Shown here one piece after another: positions 36,088-42,413 of a DNA stretch of 42,413 nucleotides. This DNA comes from Bacteroidota bacterium (lineage in GTDB: Bacteria; Bacteroidota; Bacteroidia; Chitinophagales; Chitinophagaceae). The notes under the pieces were generated by a model. That model made no database searches. It was not told the DNA's origin and saw only the letters and a list, made by a program, of their open reading frames with translations. Position 1 is the first letter of the stretch. Each line of letters opens with the position of its first letter. The stretch is taken from assembly GCA_048498595.1 (NCBI GenBank), contig JBEHXR010000001.1, positions 1 to 42,413 on the forward strand, read 5' to 3'. The translations under genes were made by a program, and so were the position numbers.

Positions 36088-37503
36088 TTATAACATGGTT
36101 GTGGGGCGAACATAATCGGTAACTGCAAACCTGCCGCTTTCTTTTAAGGCTTTAAATCCGCCCTGCACTTCAACTATTTTATCGTAACCTCTTGCACGCA
36201 GGATAGAAGTAAAAATCATTGAACGATAACCACCGGCACAATGCACATAATAAGTTTTGTTTTTATCAATATGTGCCATGTTATCATTAATAAAATCAAG
36301 CGGTTCATTTTCTGCATCAGCAATGTGCTCACTGTCGTACTCACTTTTTTTGCGCACATCAAGTATGTTCACCTGTTTTGCTTTCATCACATCTGCAAGC
36401 TCATTTGCAGTAATACTTTTTATGGCATCTGTTTCTTTGCCTGCATTCTTCCATGCATTAAAACCGCCTTTCAAAAAGCCAATCGTATTATCATAACCTA
36501 CACGCGCCAATCTTGTAATTACTTCTTCTTCTTTGCCTTCATCCGTTACTAATAAAATCGGTTGTTTAATATCCGGAATCAATGTGCCAACCCACGGCGC
36601 AAAAGTTCCGTCGATACCAATGTTAACTGAATTTGGAATGAAACCTTTTGCGAATGTTTGCGCATCTCTTGTATCTAATATCAATGCATTTGTTTCGTTA
36701 GCGGCTGCTTCAAATGCTTCAGCGCTTAATGCATGTTCACCACGCTCTAACACTTTATCAATACTTTCATAACCATGAATGTTCATGATAACATTTAATG
36801 GAAAATAGGATGGCGGCTTTACTAAGCCGGTTGTTACAGCTTCAATAAATTCTTCTTTGCTCATTGGCTGCAAAGCATAATTTGTTTTTTTCTGATGACC
36901 TAACGTATCCGTTGTTTCCTTGCTCATATTCTTACCGCAAGCACTTCCTGCGCCATGTGCAGGATAAACAATAATGTCATCATTCAATGGCAAAATTTTA
37001 TTGTGTAATGATTCATATAAATAACCTGCAAGCTTATCTTCTGTTAATTCAGCTTTTACTTTTTGTGCAAGATCGGGGCGACCTACATCTCCAATAAACA
37101 ATGTATCTCCTGAAAATAATCCAACCTCTTTACCTTCTTCATTTTTTAAAAGATAACAAGAACTTTCCATTGTATGACCCGGCGTGTGCAATACTTTAAT
37201 TACAAGTTTGCCAAGCTTAAATGTTTGTCCGTCTTCAGCTACAATAGCTTTAAAACCTGGTTTTGCTGTTGGACCATAAACAATTTGCGCACCCGTTTTT
37301 TTACTCAAATCCAAATGACCGCTAACAAAGTCGGCATGAAAATGTGTTTCAAAAACATACTTTATTGTTGCATTGTTTTGTTTAGCTTTTTTAATGTAAG
37401 GTTCTACTTCGCGCAGCGGGTCAATCACTGCAGCTTCACCTTCATTTTCTATATAATAAGCGCCTTGTGCAAGGCAGCCCGTATAAATCTGTTCAAGAAT
37501 CAT
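36088..37503 (-). CDS. MBL-fold persulfide dioxygenase fused to two rhodanese domains (CstB-like)
   Basis: ETHFHADFVSGH, HTPGHT, SGDTLF.GDVGRPDL, PAHGAGSACGK, a pseudo-rhodanese domain and a C-terminal rhodanese HCAGGYRS; start at ATG 37503. Confidence 0.85.
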   Translation of the reverse strand: MILEQIYTGCLAQGAYYIENEGEAAVIDPLREVEPYIKKAKQNNATIKYVFETHFHADFVSGHLDLSKKTGAQIVYGPTAKPGFKAIVAEDGQTFKLGKLVIKVLHTPGHTMESSCYLLKNEEGKEVGLFSGDTLFIGDVGRPDLAQKVKAELTEDKLAGYLYESLHNKILPLNDDIIVYPAHGAGSACGKNMSKETTDTLGHQKKTNYALQPMSKEEFIEAVTTGLVKPPSYFPLNVIMNIHGYESIDKVLERGEHALSAEAFEAAANETNALILDTRDAQTFAKGFIPNSVNIGIDGTFAPWVGTLIPDIKQPILLVTDEGKEEEVITRLARVGYDNTIGFLKGGFNAWKNAGKETDAIKSITANELADVMKAKQVNILDVRKKSEYDSEHIADAENEPLDFINDNMAHIDKNKTYYVHCAGGYRSMIFTSILRARGYDKIVEVQGGFKALKESGRFAVTDYVRPTTML

Positions 37504-37523
37504 AACAATAAAATTTAATGATG

Positions 37524-37568
37524 TAAAATTAAAACAGTGCAACCGCTTAAAATGTGACAGAAATCACA
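37524..37568 (-). promoter_or_regulatory. Crp/Fnr box plus -7 element of the dioxygenase-rhodanese promoter
   Basis: Minus strand TGTGA-tttctg-TCACA (37568-37553), 21 bp spacer, TAATTTTA (37531-37524). Confidence 0.75.
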
Positions 37569-37605
37569 TAGACTGTTTTTCTGGATTAAGTTTTTGAAGA
37601 AACGA

Positions 37606-40038
37606 TTATTCTATCTCTTTTTCAATATGTGTAAGCCTGCCGTCTGTACTAACGCCTTCTACTATTACGCGAAAACTTGATGTAATATCATTATTATAAA
37701 AGTGGATGCGCACAGTATGGTTTTCGTTGTTGGTTAAAATCATCGGATTCCAGTAAAGCGTGGTTCTTAAATCCTGCTCATCATTACGACTGTCAAAACT
37801 TGCGTAGTTGGGTGAGTAAAATTCTTTTGGCGCGGTATAACCAATTAATATTTTATAAGGAAGTCCTTTGCTTTGTGTTTGTACAACGTCGCCACCTTTT
37901 CGGGTATATACAGCAATGGCACCATTTGCTCCGCCACCACTGGATCCAAAGAAAGGCGGTCTAAATACTTTTACATAAGCAACATCAGCCATAGTCATAC
38001 TGGTAAGCTGATCTGCAGTTACCGGCATTTCATCTAAATAAAAATCAGGAGTACCGCCACGCCATGATACAGAAGGGGTAGATGTTGTACCGGACGGAAT
38101 TGAAATGGTTAATCCTGCAACACGACTTTGCAAATAATTAAAAACGTTTGTTGCACCTTTACTAAAAGGATCATTTAATACATCGAACTGGTATGCATCG
38201 CTGCCGCTAAAAAGTGGCGATGCATATTTTTCATCTAAAACCTGCAGCGGACTTTTTGCTTTTGTTGTTACCGTAACATCCTGCAAAGTTGTTCCTTGTT
38301 GTAACTTAAATAACCTCAGTTGTTCTTCAGCCAATCGTCGCCGGTAATTTTCAGTTGCTGTATCAACAAAAGAAATTGCATTTATTGTATCGCTACCAGA
38401 TGTTTTTATTGCAGGCATACTTGAATTAAATGTTACCGCTGCGGTGCTTGACAACCCTGCATTTCCGGCAACCTTGTAAAAGGCTTTTGTAGTATCAATT
38501 AATACATCATTAGGTAAAGCAAAAGAAGCATCCGCATTTATTAACGCCTGTTCTACTTTGCGTGACGTGTCTTTTTTATTGTCGAGCATTAATATTATAA
38601 ATGCGCCTTGCCGTAAATCTGATTCAGATGCGCCATAAACCTTGCCTGAAAATTTTAAGTAATCTGTATCGTTTTGATATTTTATGGCAGGAAATTTATT
38701 GTGCACAACATCTTGCCAGTTTATGCGGCGCCAGCCGTTGGTGAGCATTACAAGATCAAGTTGCTGCTGCAGGGTATCGCTATTGTTTTTAAAATAATAT
38801 GAGGGATTATAAATTGATCCTTTAAGATCTGCAGTTAACAATAACCTCGATATTATATCATCGCTGCTATCTATTCCAATTCCGGCATCTGTTACAGCAA
38901 CAGAAAGATTTGAAATAACTGTATCCGGTACGCTAATTACAAGTGTATTCGATTTTCTTTTTCCTAATCCTAATTCTGAAAAGCCTACTTCAGGATCAAA
39001 ATGATAATCATCATTATTAATAAAAGTAACACGCTCTGCAAATGCAATCCAGTTTGAATCGAAAAGTGTTATTTGTAAAATGCCGGATGGCAAAGCTGCT
39101 ACAGGTATTGAACCGCCGGTAACAAAATTATCCTGCAGGTTGGCTGCAGCAAAATATACAAGATGCTGGTTCATGGTTGCAGCTATGTATATTTTTTTAA
39201 AATTATCAGTTGAATTTTCAGAACGCTGAATTTTAAACCCACGTGTTTGATCCTGCACTGTTATTGCTAAAGTTGCACCTGATTCTTTTGCAGCCGGCAA
39301 GTTTGTTTGATAATTGTTATTCTGCGCATCTTTCCATTTTGCTGTATACGTTTCACCTGTTTTTGGCGTAAGCGCAAAAGAACCCATTCCATCATGCAGT
39401 GATGAAAATGTTGCAACCTGTTCTCCGCTTTTATTCACAACAGTACCATGAACAGCGTCCGGTCTTCCATCGGCGCCCACTGCCTTAAATGCAATTTTGC
39501 TTTCAATGCTGTTAATCCAATCACCACCTTCCGGCAAAAATTTAATAGAAGCTTTTGCCGCAGTTGCAGTTGTTTTTAAAGAAGGTTTTGTTTGAACTAC
39601 AGGAATGGCTTTTCTGTATAAAAAAGAAGAATCAAAATTCAACATCCAGCGTGTATATGCTTTCACATAAACCGTTCTGTCTTTAAATTCTAATGGTAAA
39701 CTGTAATCGCCGCTGGCAGATGATTGATAAATAGCAGCCACGCAATGTTTCAGCAGCTTGCCACTTTCATCAATAAAATCTATGTATAAAGTTTTGCTGA
39801 TGTTATCTGTATTTGCGCCTTCCATTAAATAGGCTTTAAACCAAATGGTTTCACCCGGCGCATAAGCAGGCTTGTCATAATGCAAATAAATTTTTTCCTG
39901 CGGAAAATTATCAGCGAGTGTTGTTATGGCATCTTTTACTGAGTTTAAGTCTGGTGTTTGTGCGAACGATTGCGATGCAGCGATAACAAAAATGAAAAAG
40001 AAAAATAAACGCATAGTTTTTTCCGGCTTCATTTGCAA
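37606..40038 (-). CDS. Large exported protein with a macroglobulin-like N-terminal domain and a TonB-plug-like domain
   Basis: Signal peptide (true start may be 40014), PQEKIYLHYDKPAYAPGETIWFKAY, FLPEGG, LDLVMLTNGWRR, plug-like GANGAIAVYTRKG and DLRTTLYWNP; no beta-barrel. Confidence 0.65.
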   Translation of the reverse strand: MQMKPEKTMRLFFFFIFVIAASQSFAQTPDLNSVKDAITTLADNFPQEKIYLHYDKPAYAPGETIWFKAYLMEGANTDNISKTLYIDFIDESGKLLKHCVAAIYQSSASGDYSLPLEFKDRTVYVKAYTRWMLNFDSSFLYRKAIPVVQTKPSLKTTATAAKASIKFLPEGGDWINSIESKIAFKAVGADGRPDAVHGTVVNKSGEQVATFSSLHDGMGSFALTPKTGETYTAKWKDAQNNNYQTNLPAAKESGATLAITVQDQTRGFKIQRSENSTDNFKKIYIAATMNQHLVYFAAANLQDNFVTGGSIPVAALPSGILQITLFDSNWIAFAERVTFINNDDYHFDPEVGFSELGLGKRKSNTLVISVPDTVISNLSVAVTDAGIGIDSSDDIISRLLLTADLKGSIYNPSYYFKNNSDTLQQQLDLVMLTNGWRRINWQDVVHNKFPAIKYQNDTDYLKFSGKVYGASESDLRQGAFIILMLDNKKDTSRKVEQALINADASFALPNDVLIDTTKAFYKVAGNAGLSSTAAVTFNSSMPAIKTSGSDTINAISFVDTATENYRRRLAEEQLRLFKLQQGTTLQDVTVTTKAKSPLQVLDEKYASPLFSGSDAYQFDVLNDPFSKGATNVFNYLQSRVAGLTISIPSGTTSTPSVSWRGGTPDFYLDEMPVTADQLTSMTMADVAYVKVFRPPFFGSSGGGANGAIAVYTRKGGDVVQTQSKGLPYKILIGYTAPKEFYSPNYASFDSRNDEQDLRTTLYWNPMILTNNENHTVRIHFYNNDITSSFRVIVEGVSTDGRLTHIEKEIE

Positions 40039-40151
40039 TTCTATTTAAAAAAATATCTTTAATTGTTTGATGCAGTTATCTTAACAGTTCATCAACAAAA
40101 AATCTATATTACGACCTGATTATTTGAAATATCCCGTCAAGTTTGAAAAGT

Positions 40152-40613
40152 ATGAATATTCATTGGCATTGTAAAGCTTTTAAAAATCTTACACCGGATG
40201 AGTTATATCAAATTATAAGATTGCGCAACGAAGTTTTTGTAGTTGAACAAAATTGTATTTTCCAGGATGCCGATAATAAAGACCAGGAATGTTTTCATTT
40301 AATGGGTTGGATAGAAGGTGAGTTGGCTGCATATACAAGGCTTGCGCCGGCTGGTTATATTTATGCTGAAGTTTCTATTGGCAGAGTTGTTACATCGCCA
40401 AAATACAGGAGGAATAAAATTGGTTATGCGCTGATGAAAAAATCAATTGAAGAATGCAAACAAATTTTTGGAATTACTAATATTAAAATTGGCGCGCAGT
40501 ATTATCTTAAAAATTTTTATGCTGCTTTCGGGTTTAAGCAAATAAGTGATATTTACCTTGAAGATGGAATTGAACATATTTATATGTTGCTCGATAAATT
40601 TGAAACATCATGA
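40152..40613 (+). CDS. ElaA-like GNAT acetyltransferase
   Basis: LY.IIRLR.EVFVVEQNC, IGRVVT, IGAQYYL..FY..FGF and YLEDGIEH; start at ATG 40152. Confidence 0.9.
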   Translation: MNIHWHCKAFKNLTPDELYQIIRLRNEVFVVEQNCIFQDADNKDQECFHLMGWIEGELAAYTRLAPAGYIYAEVSIGRVVTSPKYRRNKIGYALMKKSIEECKQIFGITNIKIGAQYYLKNFYAAFGFKQISDIYLEDGIEHIYMLLDKFETS

Positions 40614-41758
40614 TTTCTTTACGAAATAAAATTTTTTGTTACTTCTTTTTGCTGCTTTGCGTTAGTGCAAATGCACAACAAAGTATATCTGAAAACAATG
40701 CGGCTTCAAACAACGAATGGTTATTGCCTTTTGTAAAACTTGATTCTGTAAATCCTGTAATGAAACCCGGCGACTTAACTTTCTTTTGTCCGGTTCAGAA
40801 AAAAGAAATTAGCTGGGAAGCGAAAAATGTTTACAATCCGGCGCTAACAGTAAAAGATGGAATGATGGTAATGTTATATCGTGCACAAGACAGCGCAGGT
40901 TGTTCAAGAATCGGGCTTGCTACAAGCAGCGATGGAATACATTTTAAGCGTTATGCAAAACCGGTTCTATATCCTGATAACGATGCATATAAAAAATATG
41001 AATGGCCCGGCGGCTGCGAAGATCCAAGATTGGTTCAAGACATCACCGGCATGTATTATTTAACTTATACGGCTTATGATGGAAAGATAGCGCGGCTGAT
41101 GATAGCCACTTCAAAAGATTTATATCACTGGCAAAAACATGGACCTGTTTTTAATGATGAACATTATAAAAATATTTGGTCTAAGTCGGGTTCAATTGTT
41201 TCAAATTATAAAAACGGAAAACCTGTTGCTGCAAGCATTCATCACAAATACTGGATGTATTGGGGCGATAAATATATCTGGCTCGCAACATCAACAGATC
41301 TTATTCATTGGTCGCCGGTGGAAACAAATGCAAATGAAAATGCAGCATATGATTCTGTTTATTCAGACAATAATATTTCTAACATAAAAATTGCTCTGCC
41401 AACAAGAAAGAAAATGTATGATTGTGATTTGGTAGAAAGCGGTCCGCCGGCAATGCTTACATCAAACGGAATTTTGCTGATCTATAATAGCCGGAATATT
41501 CCAGCAATTGGTGAGAGCAGTTTGCCTTTTGGAACATATACTGTTTCTGAAGCATTGCTTGATAAAAATGATCCCTCCAAAATAACAGATCGAACAAGCA
41601 CTTATTTTCTAAAGCCCGAACAACCCTATGAATTTAGCGGCGAAGTAAATAATGTTTGTTTTGCAGAAGGATTGGTGCTGTATAAAAATAAATGGTGGTT
41701 ATATTATGGAACTGCCGATTCAAAAATTGCTGTTGCAGTAAAAAATGTTTCAAAATGA
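40610..41758 (+). CDS. Secreted GH130-family beta-mannoside-active enzyme
   Basis: Signal peptide; YNPA, LYRAQD, SRIGLA, GGCEDPR, WSKSGS, VESGPP and VCFAEGL. Confidence 0.85.
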   Translation: MISLRNKIFCYFFLLLCVSANAQQSISENNAASNNEWLLPFVKLDSVNPVMKPGDLTFFCPVQKKEISWEAKNVYNPALTVKDGMMVMLYRAQDSAGCSRIGLATSSDGIHFKRYAKPVLYPDNDAYKKYEWPGGCEDPRLVQDITGMYYLTYTAYDGKIARLMIATSKDLYHWQKHGPVFNDEHYKNIWSKSGSIVSNYKNGKPVAASIHHKYWMYWGDKYIWLATSTDLIHWSPVETNANENAAYDSVYSDNNISNIKIALPTRKKMYDCDLVESGPPAMLTSNGILLIYNSRNIPAIGESSLPFGTYTVSEALLDKNDPSKITDRTSTYFLKPEQPYEFSGEVNNVCFAEGLVLYKNKWWLYYGTADSKIAVAVKNVSK

Positions 41759-42413
41759 GTTTTTCTGTTTCAATAAAAAATGATGATGTTTTTCCTGTAG
41801 TTATTTTAAAAGATGAATTACAAAAAACGGAAGCGCATATCTATACATTTGGCGCTTTGCTAAATGGTTTTGTTATTGAAGGCAGGCAAAATATCATTGA
41901 TGGTTTTGCATCGTGCAAGGATGCGAAACAAAATATTACAAACGCATTTAAAAGCGCAAAGCTGAGCCCGTTTGTTTGCAGAATAAAAAATGGCGAATAT
42001 TATTTTCAAGATAAAAAATATAAAACGGGAAAATTTTTTTTAGGCGAAGAAGCAATACATGGTTTGATCTATGATGCAACTTTTACAATTGTTGATTCAA
42101 ATGCTGATGATGTTTCAGCTAACATTAAGCTCGAATATTTTTATTCGAGAGAAGACGAAGGATTTCCGTTTGAGTTTTTGTGTGAGGTGATATATAAATT
42201 GGAAAAAGAAAACAAACTTTCTATCACAACAACTATTACTAACAAAAACGAAAAGCAAATGCCTTTGTGTGATGGATGGCATCCTTATTTCAAATTTGAT
42301 CAGCCGATTGATGATTTATCATTCAAAATAAATTCAAATAAAATTTTAGAGTTTAATGATAGGTTAGTGCCGACGGGAAAAGTTTTTCCATTTGAAAAAT
42401 TTCAATCTTTACA
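41755..42413 (+). CDS. Aldose 1-epimerase family protein, 3'-truncated by the window edge
   Basis: ATG overlaps the GH130 stop (ATGA) and the frame stays open to the end. Translation gives LSPFVCRI..G.Y, AIHGL, GFPF, TITN..PLCDGWHPYF and LVPTG. Confidence 0.88.
   Translation, partial: MSFSVSIKNDDVFPVVILKDELQKTEAHIYTFGALLNGFVIEGRQNIIDGFASCKDAKQNITNAFKSAKLSPFVCRIKNGEYYFQDKKYKTGKFFLGEEAIHGLIYDATFTIVDSNADDVSANIKLEYFYSREDEGFPFEFLCEVIYKLEKENKLSITTTITNKNEKQMPLCDGWHPYFKFDQPIDDLSFKINSNKILEFNDRLVPTGKVFPFEKFQSL

Noticed and set aside
30911-37568. Sulfur locus as a mobile genomic island
   Set aside because: No integrase, transposase, tRNA, flanking direct repeats or compositional shift visible by eye.
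1168-41387. Many 60-170 aa ORFs antisense or out of frame to long genes (e.g. 3163-3510, 13277-13774, 25306-25755, 34079-34585)
   Set aside because: They are shadows of well-supported genes, with no motifs or independent expression signals.
1-42413. CRISPR arrays, rRNA/tRNA genes, prophage and anti-phage defence systems
   Set aside because: Intergenic gaps are under about 260 bp, with no repeat-spacer pattern or tRNA/rRNA signature, and no ORF resembles such genes.

Overview
AT-rich bacterial chromosomal segment, most likely Bacteroidota and Chitinophagaceae-like (inferred from gene content, TAnnTTTG-type -7 promoter elements and A-rich leaders without clear Shine-Dalgarno sites). About 40 protein genes are present; I found no rRNA, tRNA, CRISPR array, prophage or transposase. 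Most of the window is housekeeping, envelope and carbohydrate genes: glpF-like, gpmI, engB, gltX, PhyH/GH13/GH31/GT39, RND+TolC, pnuC/NadR-like, frr, WecA-like, PPIase, rlmD, two rhomboids, two EEP proteins, GH130 and an aldose epimerase. The most interesting part is a reactive-sulfur locus at about 30.9-37.6 kb: CstB-like persulfide dioxygenase-rhodanese, rhodanese, DUF2892, TlpA, TsdA-like diheme cytochrome, exported DsrE protein, an internally deleted sqr pseudogene, a Crp/Fnr regulator and a TauE exporter. Four promoters in this locus share one architecture, a TGTGA-N6-TCACA box exactly 21 bp upstream of a -7 element, which points to a Crp/Fnr-activated sulfur regulon. Other observations: several apparently leaderless genes, a palindromic element and heptamer repeats inside core genes, an unannotated 50-aa membrane ORF and a probable pseudo-rhomboid. 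All functional calls come from motif recognition only; no searches were run.
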